Below the pieces are notes generated by a model. The model worked only from the letters and a program-made list of their open reading frames with translations. It searched no databases and was not told the DNA's origin. The position numbers and the translations under genes are program-made. Below, in pieces: positions 12,825-25,980 of a stretch of DNA of 64,000 nt; position 1 is the stretch's first letter; every line of letters starts with the position of its first letter. The DNA is from Eledone cirrhosa. Lineage: Eukaryota. The stretch is from contig OZ024740.1 of assembly GCA_964016885.1 (NCBI GenBank), positions 219,108,001-219,172,000 on the forward strand. Direction: 5' to 3'.

Positions 12825-13280
12825 TATGAATGTATGTATAGTATATTTGGAAATATACCGTATGTTTAATTAAAAAAGTTTAAAGTAGTGACTATGTCAC
12901 TTACTTCTTTTCGGCGTTACAAAACAGACATGCACATACGTGTGATTGTACAGTGGGTTTCTACATAATTTATCGCTACCACATTTTATTCACAAGGCAT
13001 TGGTCAATCTGTGGCTATAGTAGAAGACACAGCCAAACTGCAGAGGGAGTAGACATGAAACCACATGGTTGTGGAACGAATAATTTTCGGCAAAAGCGAG
13101 CAGGGCTTGGCTCTGATGATCGCCAACAGCGTGAAACAGACTGTTAACTTCTCTCCCTTCTTTTGCCAAAAAGAAGTAAGTGACGTAGTCACTACTTTAA
13201 AACCGATAGCGCATGGTCTTCAAAATGTTTTTAATTAAACATACAGTATATTGTCAAATATACTATACATACATTCATGT
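12825..13280 (+). mobile_element. Fold-back cassette (about 90-bp inverted arms) enclosing an HHR
   Basis: 'atgaatgtatgtatagtatattt...aaagtagtgactatgtcacttacttcttt' is inverted at 13165-13278; (TA)n on both sides. Confidence 0.75.
13106..13152 (+). ncRNA. Hammerhead ribozyme-like motif, stem I degenerate
   Basis: CTGATGA-tcgc-caaca-gcgt-GAAA-cag-a-ctg-TT; core, stem II and stem III are present. Confidence 0.65.
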
Positions 13281-13310
13281 ATACATCGCTATTTCAGAAC
13301 ACCAATTCTA

Positions 13311-13341
<31 letters not shown>

Positions 13342-13639
13342 TATATAGTTTGACAAGCACACCTCAGCGTGAAAGGTCGTTCTAAAAACGAAACAATACC
13401 TCCTACGTTAACCAAGAACTCCTAAGACCTAACCAACAACCAACAACTTAATTTATAAAATAATTTTTTTTAAGAAAAAAATTTTTTCTAATCCGGAAAA
13501 AAATTCTTTTTGGATTTTGTGAAAAAAATAAATTTGTTGAAAGCACAAGTGAAGCCATTTTTTCTTCCCCCCTGTCTTAATATACCTAACTGTACCAAGG
13601 ATTACACACATTTTCCAATATATATATATATATATATAT

Positions 13640-13990
13640 ATCATCATCATCATCATCGTTTAATGTCCATCTTCCATGCTAGCATGGGTTGGACGGTTTT
13701 GTTCCACTTGAGGTCAGATTGGTCGGGACACCATGTCTCGCTCGTACAGAACTGTCTTTGGCAGATTTTCTATGGCTGGATGCTCTTCTCAGCACCAACC
13801 ACATTTACAGTGTGGACTGGGAGCCTTTTTACTGTGTCTCTTACATGACCACTTTACAGTGTGGACTGGGTGCTTTTTGTCATGTCACCTACACAACTAC
13901 TTTACAGTGGACGGAAATGTAGGTTTAAGTTTGTATGCAAGGGAAGGCAGGTCTTCTGTATAACCCCATAGGGGCAAGATCTTCTGTATA
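13640..13990 (-). mobile_element. RTE-type 3' UTR fragment
   Basis: (CAT)n followed by 'cgtttaatgtccatcttccatgctagcatgggttggacgg' and about three 40-bp 'actttacagtgtggactggg' modules. Confidence 0.75.
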
Positions 13991-14531
13991 ATATATTGTT
14001 TTTTTCATTTAACTTTATCATAGCTATCTATCATAGCTTTCTATGTAGACACCACAGCTTGATGTCCATTATTCTATTATTTTCCTTTTCTTTGTTTTCT
14101 TTGATCCTTCTATCAGTACTATTTGTTTTATCACACACATCATACCAGCAAAAAGATTTATTTTTCTGTTTCACAATCCAGTATTTTAAAATGGTTCTCT
14201 CAATTAAATCGTGCGAAACCATTTTTCTGGTTTGAGAGCTGATGAGGGTGAAGATATGTGTGTGTAAACTTGCCTTCTACATCACCTTTCTTTATTTCCT
14301 TCTTCCGGTCACTTCTGTACACCAGCACACTTCTCCTTGTCATTTCTATATTTCATCTGCCTGTCATCCACCTTGTGACCACTGGCATTTTTGCCCATCA
14401 CTGTCTGACAGCATTTAGCTGTTTTAACAGCTATTCTAGCGATGAGTTTTCTCAATTTTATATGTAAATTTATATATATATATATATACCAAGATAATAA
14501 TAAATGGAAACTATATTTATAAAACCATATT

Positions 14532-14599
14532 TATTTTATTATATATATTTCAAGGGTACCAAGCAAGCAAATCTCGGTGCGCTTTCATCAGATAAAATA
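14532..14599 (-). ncRNA. Minimal type I hammerhead ribozyme, same family as the 10.3 and 12.15 kb copies
   Basis: tattttat-CTGATGA-aagcgcacc...ggtaccctt-GAAA-tatata-TA-ataaaata, in a roughly 280-bp segment bounded by (TA)n. Confidence 0.85.
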
Positions 14600-15849
14600 C
14601 AAAATTTGTTTTTGTTTTATAAATAATGAAATACCCATGGAAATCACACCTTAACGGTCCGAAAATTCGCTGGAATATTTACTCCAGTAACTTGTTGAGT
14701 GCTCTATATCAGTTATAAACATTTATGTTTGTCGGAATTCCAACAAATTAAATACAACTCCTACATATATATATATATGAAAAAATGATGATGATTACAA
14801 TGATGGTAATATGTGTGTGGGAGAGGGGTATATTTTTTGACAATGTATATAAAAAAAACTGAAAAATAAATTTTTTTTTAATGAACAAAGTCCCTTGAGA
14901 TATTTGTTCTGTATCAACTTAGACACTCTTTTGTCACTTTCTGTAAGAGAAGCAGTGATTGGTCCATTGTAAAACATAACCTTTGACATGATTCTTCACA
15001 ATTTGTGATATAAAATATATAATACTGCAATATATTGATGTTTGGAAGCCATGCATTGTATAGTTTGAAGAGCCATGAAATCTAGTTGGGAGATTCACAA
15101 TGCATGCAATTCCCAGGAAACAGCATAGAGGATGTCGCTATTCAAATGGCAACCTACTAAAGTGAACTTGGCTACAGCTGCTACAACAAACAACAGAACA
15201 GAACAAACAGCAGCAACAACAACAACAGCAGTAGCAGCAACAACAACTACAACTACAACAACATCAATAAATGCAACAAACAGTCAAGAAATACTCACAT
15301 CAGTAAGAAAACACAGAGCTTATGATTATAATGGTGATAACAGTGACAAGAATGATAAAAGCAATAACATTTTTTTTTAAGGCATTATTTGTTTAAAATT
15401 ACGTTTTTATATACATATATATATATATGTATATATAAAAAAAAGTTGTACATAATTCTTATATTATAATCTGAACATCTTATTGGGGGTCTTTTTTATA
15501 TTTGGGGGTGTTCTTATATTTGTTTTATTTTGACATTAATGCCATGTGATTGGCTTGTTAGAATTCATATATAATGCATTGACTCTAATATTTTGCATTG
15601 TGATAAAATATTACCTAATCTACATGCTTATGAAAAAGAAACACAGTTCTGTCTGTTGATGCCAAAGTGGAGAACAACATCTTCTGACATAGATAAATAG
15701 CATATTGTGCAATGAAGCAATATGTCACCATCAACAATCAATAAACAGATTTACTTTTATCCAAAGCTAAATTGGAAAAACTTCCAAGAAGCTACCACCA
15801 ACCAGAATTCTTGTCAGTGAAAACATTACTTACATCTCAGATAGAAAAG

Positions 15850-16085
15850 GCATATATATATATATATATAGATATATATGTATATATATATATATAGGTA
15901 TATATATATATATATATATTTATATTTATACAAACATTTATACAAACATACATGTGTCTATACATACATACACACATACATACACACACATACACGCTCA
16001 CACACATATTTATATATATACATATATGCATATACTCACATACACACACACACTCTCTCTCTCACACACACACACTCACTCTCAT
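15850..16085. repeat. (TA)n/(CA)n compound microsatellite
   Basis: Seen directly in the sequence. Confidence 0.9.
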
Positions 16086-16569
16086 AAATTTGCTAGGAAC
16101 AATCTTTATTTGATAGTAAGAAACAGCATGGCTTCCAACTACTTAGTAGCAGTGGTTCATTTTTCACGTTACTGCAATGGCTGATCACCCCCAGGGATTG
16201 CAACTTCTCATTTTTTTTCAATACTTTAACACTGCACATTACTAAATATTAGACTATTTCTAGATTTACCTAGTTAGGAAGAATAAACTTCTTATAACTT
16301 TTCCATTAGTATAAGTAAAATTAGATATTATATATGTTTATTCCATCTTCTTTCTCTAAATAGTTTTTGCATCTACTCTTTTTTCTTAGAGAACCTTCTG
16401 GAAATTTATCATGGAGATATTCTCATGTAATATATTTAAAGAATATATTATGTTATAATTACAGATTTTTGGAGTCTTTTTTGCAGGGCTTAGTACAATA
16501 TATTATTGCAGTGACTATCTATTATAAGCTGACTTTTTTTAAAATTATTTTTAAACAACATAAAAATAT

Positions 16570-16982
16570 CTAACTCTTTTGATACCCACCTAGCCATAAG
16601 ATCACTTGTTCTATTATGCAAAACACTCCATTTTAAGGAATTTATATTTTAAATAAAATCTTCCAACTTAATTTTATATAAAAACTATTTTAGTAATTTA
16701 ATAATATTAATAAATCCCTCTCATTAACTCTTTTAATATTAAACCATCTGAAACCAACCCTGCAACAACACCAAGCTATTTGTTTTAAGGTATTTATATT
16801 CAACTGAAAGCATTCCATTATAATTCTATATAAAAATCAGTGTTAAGTTATGATTCAAACACCAGATTGACAATGAGAAAGTTATATTACTAAAGCCCCC
16901 TCAAATTCTTGATTACTTAAATAATTATTTGTAAACCATAGGTAGTGTTTTTCATTAGAAATATTGTAATAAAATGGTTAAT
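16570..16982. mobile_element. Degraded piggyBac-like MITE with a tandemly duplicated left part
   Basis: Similar to 1484-1650 plus 2230-2286; ends 'aaaatggttaa'. Confidence 0.4.
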
Positions 16983-17374
16983 TAATTGAAATAGAATGTA
17001 TTTTGTTAGAAATACAGTCATAAAAAGGGTTAAAGTATATTTTCCCACTCAGCTGTTTATAATCCATTGCAGTATGAAGCCTCAGCAACCATGATTGTTT
17101 TATGCCTACCTGTCCATGCTGACCAAGTGCAGGCTGGACAGAGAGGGAAAATTGAACTGAGAAAGCAAAGAAGCAAAACAGATATAACAAAACATCTGTC
17201 TGATGTTCTATCAATTCTAACCAGTCTACTCCCCAATAAAAGCAAAGCTAACTGACTTCTTCAACTATTTATTTAAGGCATATAATACAGATTAATCTAT
17301 TTTTCTAGAATCCTTCAATATTTCTTTTATCAGATTTTATGTACATTTAGATATATCTGTTTTCCTGATGTAGA

Positions 17375-17570
17375 GGCACAGGGTCTCATAGTTCAGACAT
17401 TGATCTTGCAGTCATAAGGTTGTGGGATCAATCCTTGGACCAGGAAGTATATAGTGTCCTTGGGAAAGGTAGTTCATTTCCTATTGATCCAGTCCATTCA
17501 GCTGGAAAAAAAAGAAGAGTACCAACAGCAGCTGGGAATTAACCTTGCAGTGGATAGGTATTCCATCTTA
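17375..17570 (+). mobile_element. Old SINE family B copy
   Basis: 'tcaatccttggaccagg...gtgtccttgggaaagg...ccagtccattcagctg'. Confidence 0.55.
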
Positions 17571-18377
17571 GGTAGAATCTTGTGTTCTCAAGCGAAGAAT
17601 CGCTGCTTTCACCCTTAATGGGACCTTCTGAAACTAAAAAAATCAATCTGTGAACGCAGAAGTAAATATTTCGAAAAACGTTACAGACTGTATGTACACA
17701 CACTATATATATACATATATACACACACACACACAGATAGTGTCATAATGTCGTAATGCAGACATCCAGACATACAGACAAATATTATAAGGGCGTGACG
17801 TTTAGCTATGTATCTATCTATCTATCTATAAAGACAGACTAAGAAAGACAGAGAGATCGCTAAACGCTGCCTAATGCAGATCCTAGGGCATTGAAAATTT
17901 GAAATATTTTTTGCTCGAAACACTCACAGGACCATAAGTATTACATGTAAGTTCCATTCTGATGAGACACTGGGCTAAATAAAGTCTTTTCAAAATGTTT
18001 CCATTTATGTTGGTTACTGTAACTCAATATGCTTATACAGAAGGAGTAATCATATTTTTACACAAAGAAAATTTAAATCAGATATGCTAATTTAGCTAAG
18101 ATATCAGCGGAAAAATGCTTTAAGGAGCAGTGTCTTAGATTACAAATCTAGAAATGGTAATAAGCTAGATACTAATGGCTATTCATGAGAGGTTTACCAA
18201 ATATAAGATTAAAATGTTTTCTAAATTATCATAATCATATAATTATTAGTCAACAAGAAAACATGTATAAATGGCCTAGCTCAGTTATTGTATCTCCTAT
18301 TTTAACTAAATTCCTTTACAACATGCAACATAAAGTGATATTAGATATTTTCTGTCTTTCTGTCTTTCATAATTTGG

Positions 18378-18378
<1 letters not shown>

Positions 18379-18449
<71 letters not shown>

Positions 18450-18770
18450 TTTACGTCCGCTTTCCCCTGCTTGCAAGGGTGGGATGGGAACTGATTCTGG
18501 CTTGATTTCTACAGCTGGATGCCCTTCCTATCACCAACCTCATTTACAGTGAGTACTGGGTGCTTTTTTGCCGTGGCACCTCCGCGACCACTTTGCAGTG
18601 GAATGATAGGGACCCCAGTCCTATCATCTCATTTCTACAGCTGAGTAAACTGGAGCAATGTGAAATAAAGTGTCTTGCTCAAGGAAACAACACATCACCT
18701 GATCTGAGAATTGAACTCACAATCTTTCGATTGCAAGGCCAATGCTCTAACCACTAAGCCATGTGCCTCC
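18379..18770 (-). mobile_element. Full-length family B SINE with RTE-derived 3' end and long (GAT)n tail
   Basis: Minus-strand head 'ggcacatggcttagtggttagagc...gagttcaattctc'; 3' part shared with the RTE UTR ('gaagggcatccagctgtagaaatc'); (GAT)n tail of about 70 bp. Confidence 0.85.
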
Positions 18771-19344
18771 ATGCTTTTACTAACTAGATGCTCTTTGTAT
18801 CCTCAATTAGTGCCACTAGCATTAGGAAGTTTGTCTGTCATGATTGAAGTGACCCTTTTATACTGTGTCAGCTTTCATTCAGAGTTATTGTCTTCTTAGA
18901 TGAATTGCTTTCACCACAACTTTACAGGAGCCTCGTCTCCTCTGTATAGTTTTAATCAGAGTTATTATCCTCCTCCATGGGTAGCTTTCACTGCGACTTG
19001 TAGAGTTCATGTTTTTCTTTTGTAGATCTTTCTTACACTTTTAGATATTTCGGACCCCCTCTTTCACTTCACAATAGCAAGGGGAAACATGATGAGCTCT
19101 TAGGCACTGTAAGGCCTTAGGCTGCAGCTTAGTCAGCTTTATAAATAATATGACCCTGGGCTTGAAACCAGATTACAAGCTCAAAACACTGAGAGATTAC
19201 CTATGGTGCTTGTAGTAATATTCTATCTTTGCTTGTGCAATCAACTGATGAGGTTATAGAGGCACTGTTGTGATATGCTGTGTATTAATCTTCTATAACT
19301 GTTTCACCTTCATGCTAGATCTTGGGTCTTCACCTAAGATTATC

Positions 19345-19555
19345 ATATCTATTCTCTAATATTGTCTGTCCAGCTTTTCTTCTGTCCACATCTTTTTCCC
19401 TCCCCCTCCTTAGTTCCTTGTAAAATGGTCTTTACAAGACTACTAGACTTTATTACGAGGCCATACTATTTTAGCTTCCTTTTCTTTATTATTATGTGAA
19501 GGTGTTCATGGGACCAAATGTGATGCTGGATCGTTTAGCAGATCTACTCATTTGT
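19345..19555 (-). mobile_element. Old RTE/BovB-like LINE 3' fragment
   Basis: Minus-strand translation KRKLK*YGLV...LVKTILQGT...QKKSWTDNIRE. Confidence 0.65.
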
Positions 19556-19600
19556 GAAAAACCTAATATTTAGCAGATTATTCTTCATTATATCAATCAC

Positions 19601-19782
19601 ATTGGCAGTATCGGTAGAGGGTTGGACGCCATGCTTTCTAGCATAGTTACGTCCCTTTACAGTCTGAGTTCAAATCCCGCCGAGGTTAACTTTGCCTTTC
19701 ATCGTTACGGGGGTCGATAAAATAAAGTACCAGTAATGTACTGGGTAATTTGCTGGCCTTGTGCCTAAAGTAGAAACAATTA
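19601..19782 (+). mobile_element. SINE family A, young copy
   Basis: High identity to 11360-11548 and 38398-38585. Confidence 0.88.
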
Positions 19783-20459
19783 TATCACATACATATTGTC
19801 AAGAATTCGAAAATAAAATAAAATCTACCAATGACTTTGAATTTACCAGAATCTACAATCCTATTCTTTTCAAGAAGCTTTTGTATGAGAATCTCTCTGT
19901 GTAACATTGGATTGGGTTAATTTGCAGAAGCCATATTGTTAATAAAACAAGATGTGAAAGAAAATTAAATTAGAATTACCTGAGGTAAATGGCATTCCTT
20001 CTAAATTCCTGTATGTATGTACTTGAAACAACTACTACAGCAGATTTCCCTTCTCTTAATTGACTTCTTAAATTTACAAATACAAAATGGTGTGTTATCA
20101 ACATCTTTTGTAAGATACAAAGGTTGGCACCAGGAAGTGCATTTGGCTATAAAACATTGCCTCAGGAAGAACCCAATGATGAGTATGAAGCCTGTCATAG
20201 AGTCCATATGGCTAACGTCCTTCTTTAACAGGGAAAATGGCTATAAAATGTTTGTTGTTGTTGTTGTTGTTGTGGTGGTGGTGGTGGTGGTTGTATTGGT
20301 ATCTATTGATGTATAAATAACATTGCACAGCTGTGGAATAAAATTTTACTTTAGTCTTTGTTGTAATAAAATGTATATATTTCCATCTTTTCTATCAAAT
20401 GAAATAATTGTTTATAATTTAGACATAAAGACTGAAGTTTGGGGAGAGATGAAAGTTGA

Positions 20460-20680
20460 TTAACCCTTTAGCATTTACGTTACTCTATAAATACAATTGT
20501 ATTTTCGTGGTAAAGGCTTTACCTCACATAATTATCTCACATAATATCAAACCTATGAGATTTTGATGTTATTTATTTTGAGAACAATACCTTAACATCA
20601 GTATGTGTGGCCAGTTATGTCCGGTTTGAAGAGAAAGAAGTGAGAGAATTCTGGCCAGATGCAGCTGGTTTAAATGCTGA
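20460..20680. mobile_element. piggyBac-like MITE inserted in an old minus-strand family A SINE
   Basis: TTAA-ccctttagcattt left end; body matches 23686-23901 and 42820-43010; SINE halves at about 20405-20459 and 20690-20840. Confidence 0.75.
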
Positions 20681-21984
20681 AGTAGAACTCCAGGACTTGA
20701 ATATTACTTTATTTTATATTAACTCTGGAAGGATGAAAAGCAAAGTTGACTTGGGCAGCATTTGAACTCAGAATGTGAAGCACTACAACAAATACCACAA
20801 ATCAGCTTTTCCAGCACTTTAACAATTCCGCCAATCCATCGCCCTCACAATCAAATGAAATAATAAAGTCAATCTGCCATTTATTTATCTTTTTATAAAC
20901 TAACAATATTTTTTCCTGGTGGGAAATTTTAAAATTCATAAGTGAATTTTATATTAAGTCAGGAAAATGTTTGCATTCCAAGCTAAATTGCATTTTGTAT
21001 TTAAAGCTATGAAGAAAAATAGTGAATCAAATTGACAATAATGGTTAATATAATATGTTAACCTGTTTATGAATATTTGAAATAGCTTTATTCATATATA
21101 TCTATAGGCTCGTACTAAGAAAATAGTCCAAATCAAGAAGCATGGAGGAAAAATATATACCACAAACAATTAAAAATCAGTTGTTATGTGAAACTATTGG
21201 TCTATATTTGATAAAATCTATAGACCTATTATCAAGCAGATAAAGACAGCGAAAAAGAAAAACTCTAACATAATCTAATAAAAACTATTTTATGTATTTT
21301 AATAAAACAGCCTGTTTTATATATTTTTTTTATAAAAAAACAAAACATCACTTTTATGAAATGAGAAATATATGACAATATAAAAAATTCAGTGAAAACA
21401 ACTGACAAACAGAACGAAAAGAAAACAAACAAGTAAAATAGATCAAGGCATATGCAAAGTAGAAAAAAATAACAACAACAATCAAATGCATTCAACAGAT
21501 TTGCTATAAATCTATAAAGAAACTACAGACTCTTATTGGCATATAAATAAAATTTGTTAAAATATATGATCAACTTGTAGACTGTTCTTCATATTATACA
21601 ACCAGTTTGCAAGCATCTATTGCAATAATGAAAGCAATTTATGAGGTATTGGGAACAAACCACACAAGCAAAGTATGGGCATACATTAACGGAAACTCTG
21701 TTATTACTTTACATTACTCATAAACCTCAAATATATATTATCTTTGTATAAAACAACAAACAATAATAATATAAAATTGTATTTCTTTAAACTGTTGTAA
21801 ACTCTCTGTGACTTTTCATTCTTGTCTGAGCTATTTAAAGTGTTGTAAAACTATTCTTCGCTTTTACATTAACATAAATTACTTATCTGTAATATTCTGC
21901 TAGAGACCATATTATGCAATTCTTCAACTATGGAATGAAATCAAAAACATAATTTTATATACACAAAATGTTTTAGACAATTAG

Positions 21985-22552
21985 GGCAGTAGGTTGGCAG
22001 AATCAGTAGAGCATCAGACAACATGCTTTGCAGCATAGAGTTATGGCACTTTATGTTCTGAGTTCAAATCCCGTCATGGTTAGGTTTGCCTTTTATCCTT
22101 ACAGGGTTCATAAAATAAAGTACCAGTAACACACTTGAGTTGATTTAATCAACTTTCCCCTCATGCCAAATAGTTGACCTTGTGCCTAAATCAGAAACAT
22201 TATAGGGTCGGATGCCATGCTTTGAAGCATAGAGTTACCTCCCTTTATGATCTGAGTTCAAATCCCACCGAGGTTAACTTTGCCTTTCATCCTTACGGGG
22301 TCGATAAAATAGAGTACCAGTAATACACTGGGATAATTGCTGGCCTTGTGCCAAAAGTAGAAACAATTATTTGAGTATCGGTAGAGGGTCGGATGCCATA
22401 CTTTAACGCATAGAGTTACGGCCCTTGCCATTCTGAGTTCAAATCCCGCTGAGGTTAACTTTGCCTTTCATCCTTACGGGGTCGATAAAATAATGTACCA
22501 GTAATGCAGTGGGTAATTGCTGGCCTTGTGCCTAAAGTAGAAACAATTATTT
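21985..22552 (+). mobile_element. Three head-to-tail family A SINEs
   Basis: Three successive 'gagttcaaatccc...gcctttcatccttac...gaaaca' units at about 21985, 22204 and 22374. Confidence 0.85.
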
Positions 22553-22614
22553 GTAAGACAATTGATTGATAAACTATGGAACACAATCAAGAATATAATA
22601 TCTATTATAGGTAC

Positions 22615-23507
22615 AGTAGCTAGAGTCAGAACTGGATGGAAAAAGTTCAGAGAGCTTATACCACTATTAGCCGCTAAACGGTTCTCCCTAAAAATGAAAG
22701 GCAGGCTGTATGATGCCTGCATACGAACAGCAATGTTACATGGCAGTGAGACCTGGGCATTGTGTGCAGAGGATATACGCAGACTGGAGAGGAACGAAGC
22801 TTGCATGCTCCGCTGGATGTGTAATAGTAATATACGTGAACGGCAAAGCATAAACGAACTAAGGAAAAAATTAGAAATAAGAGGGATCAGATATTGTTTA
22901 CTCGAGAGAAGGCTACGTTGGTATGGTCACGTGATGCGCATGAAAGACGACAGCTGTATAAAAAAGTGCATGGCGATAAAAATAGACGGTAGCCATGGAG
23001 TAGGCAGACCCAGAAAAACCTGGGACGACTTGATAAATTCCGACCTCACACACTTACACCTCACCAAGACAATGTCACTGGAACGAGATTTTTGGCGCTA
23101 CACAGTAATAGAGAAAACCCGCCTTGCCTAAGTACAAAGTAAAACCTACAGTCAGTAGGCACTTCTAACAAAATATACCCCCGTCCCATCCACACCGCCC
23201 CTTTCAATGTAAAGTTATGTTGGTACCACAACATCCAACCCAAACAAATGAGGTCGTATAGGTGCCACGACAAAAAAACACACAGTCCACGCTGTAATGT
23301 GGCCGTGTAGGCAACACGGTAAAAACCTCCCAGCCCCACACTGTAAATGTGGTTGGTGTTAGGAAGGGCATCCAGCTGTAGAAAACCCGCCAGACAGTCC
23401 TATGCGAGAAATGACAACCACTCTTGCCTCAAGTTGGAAAACTCCCGTCCAAACCAATGCAAGCGTGGAACATAGACGTTAAACGATGATGATGATGATG
23501 ATGATGA
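22615..23507 (+). mobile_element. RTE-clade LINE 3' fragment with open C-terminal ORF and full 3' UTR
   Basis: ARVRTGWKKFRELIPLL...RRLRWYGHVMR...GRPRKTW; UTR with 40-bp modules; (GAT)n tail. Confidence 0.9.
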
Positions 23508-23685
23508 TACAATATTTAAATTATCTGTAAGACAATTGACTAATGAACTATGGAATGATATTAAACACACATTTGTCATCTCCTGTCTGAAGTTCAGAGT
23601 CCTGAGATTAGCTTTCACCCCCTCTGCTTGGGTCTTCCTTAGTTTTACTCTTCCAAGGTACATCTTCACCCAATGAACATCATCA

Positions 23686-23901
23686 TTAACCCTTTAGCAT
23701 TTACATTACTCTATATTTACTATTGTATTTTCATAGTAACGGCTTTATCTCACATAATATCGAATCTATGAGATTTTGATATTATTTATTTTGAGAACAA
23801 AACCTTAACATCAGTATGAGCAGCCAGTTATGGCCAGTTTGAATAGAAAGAAGTGAGAGAATTCTGGCCAGATAGAGCCGGTTTAAATGCTAACAAGTTA
23901 A
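23686..23901. mobile_element. piggyBac-like MITE
   Basis: TTAA-ccctttagcattt ... aaatgctaacaag-TTAA. Confidence 0.8.
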
Positions 23902-24839
23902 GTGTCCATATTAATGCAATCTTCTCTCTTGCTCACTACATCTGATTCCTCTTATACCCAGTTTTTATTTCAACTCAACTGTACTTTATCTTTTTTGCAT
24001 ACTAATATTAGATACCAAATGGAACATGATTAATTTATTTATTTCTAGCTCTCACACGTTCTTTCCATTTAATGCCCATGGGTCAGAAGGACTCTTCAGT
24101 CGTGTCAAAAACATGACTATTGTATGTGATCTTCATGTTGAAGGTACCCGGTACACTCTGTAAATTGGTTGGTGATGGGAAGGACATTTAGCCATAGAAA
24201 ACCTACCAAACAATGTTTTGGGAGGACTCTTAAGGTGTGTCAAAGACATGTCAATCTCCATTGTGCTGATCACATGATACAATGCATTTGGTAGAGTACT
24301 AGATCGTATGTAAGCAAGATGAAGCCCCTGCTGCCCTGGCTCATGAGAGATCAGTGGCTCCACTTGAGTACTGATTTAGTCTGTGAAAACCCACCCAACC
24401 CTAGCAGGGAAGGCAGACATTAAATGATGATGTTGGTGAGGAGGAGGATGATCTTACTATCATGTAAGTATTGGTAAAGTATTTGAAAAATACAAAGTTT
24501 TTCTTTAGTATCATCTCCAGTCTTAATTGAATTTATCAACTTTTACACCTTTCTTCTTTTGTAATCTGCTTCTTAATATTCTCACATCTTTAACATAGAA
24601 TTGTTAACCAAGAGCCTATGTGTGTTAGCTGTGAATATCTTCCTCAACATAGAGACATCATCATCATTATTTAACGTCCATTTTCCATGCTAGCATAGGT
24701 AGGACATACTGTTCAAATTCATGCGTTTCTATTCTTCTTGGATAGAACAAAGTCAATCAGTCTCTAATTTCTACATGAGTGGCAGACTGGCTTTCTAAAT
24801 TTTGTATAGGAAAAAGGAAGACTATCAGTAAGATGCAAG

Positions 24840-25118
24840 ACATATGGCTTTGTGGTTAGGGTGTTGATCTTATGATCATAAAGTCATGAGTTTGATCCTC
24901 GAACCAGACAGCATACTGTGTTTTTAAGCATTTCAGGTTACTCTAATCTAGTAAGCAGAAAATGAGAAGTAACAGCAGCAATAGCTGGGGATTAACTTTG
25001 CAATAGACTGGTACCTTGTTCAAGTCTTGTACTCTCGCTGACTTAATGCTACACGAAACATGGATAAGCACAATTCATTATCCACCCCATGCCAGCATGG
25101 AAAAATAGACATAAAACA
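24840..25118 (+). mobile_element. Old family B SINE with RTE-type tail
   Basis: 'atggctttgtggttagggtgttg...gagtttgatcctc' head; 'catgccagcatggaaaaatagacataaaac' tail running into the GAT array. Confidence 0.6.
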
Positions 25119-25375
25119 GATGATGATGATGATGGTGGTGGTGATGTTGGTGGTTGTGGTGGTGGTGGTGGTGATGATGATGATGAGGATGATGATGATA
25201 ATGATGATGAAGAAGATGACAAAGATGATAATAATGATAAAGATGAAGATGATGATGATGAAGATTATGATGATGATGATGATGATGATGACAACGATGG
25301 CGATGATGACGACGATGACGATGACAAAGATGATGATGATGATGATGATGACGATGACGATGACGACGACGACGA

Positions 25376-25411
<36 letters not shown>

Positions 25412-25455
25412 TGATGATGATGATGATGGTGGTGATGATGATGATGATGATGACT
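25118..25455. repeat. (GAT/GGT/GAC)n compound trinucleotide array
   Basis: Seen directly; contiguous with the retroposon 3' tail. Confidence 0.95.
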
Positions 25456-25980
25456 AGTATGACAATTTACTTTACAGAAGCTCAATAGTTTTGATCCATC
25501 TAGAAACAACATGAATGTGAGATTAAGATATGGGACAGCTATCCAGATAACATTAAGTACATAACTTTATTTATCATATTTTGTCCCCTATATAGTCAAG
25601 GAGGGAAAGGCAGTAGTGAAGACTCTATTCAGGGCCTTCAAGACAGGTGGAAAGGAGGGAGAAAGGTATTTTCAAACTGGAGACCTGGTCCAAATTATTG
25701 CCACATAGTGAGCTTTGCTAAAGACACTGAAGAGCCAGGTGGTGGTATTAAACTGAGCAATCAATTAAATCTACTACTCAAGTAGGCCACAGCAAGATTT
25801 GAACTTAGAATGCAGGGAAGCAGAACAAATACCATGAACCATGAAACATCTTCACTGATGTTATAATAACACTGGGACTGGTACTTTATTTTACTAGGAT
25901 TTTTTTTCATCACACTGACATGTATGTGTATAAGTGCGTGTGTGTGTATGTCCATATGCATATATTTATATGTATGAGTA

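Noticed and set aside
14190-14260. CTGATGA near a GAAAC as a hammerhead (also 1912-1945, 17958 and 63685-63697)
   Set aside because: I could not build all three stems with correctly ordered core boxes; at best these are heavily decayed.
25060-25512. Poly-Asp, poly-His and poly-Met ORFs (also at 5.4, 37 and 42.3 kb)
   Set aside because: They are translations of GAT/CAT microsatellites.
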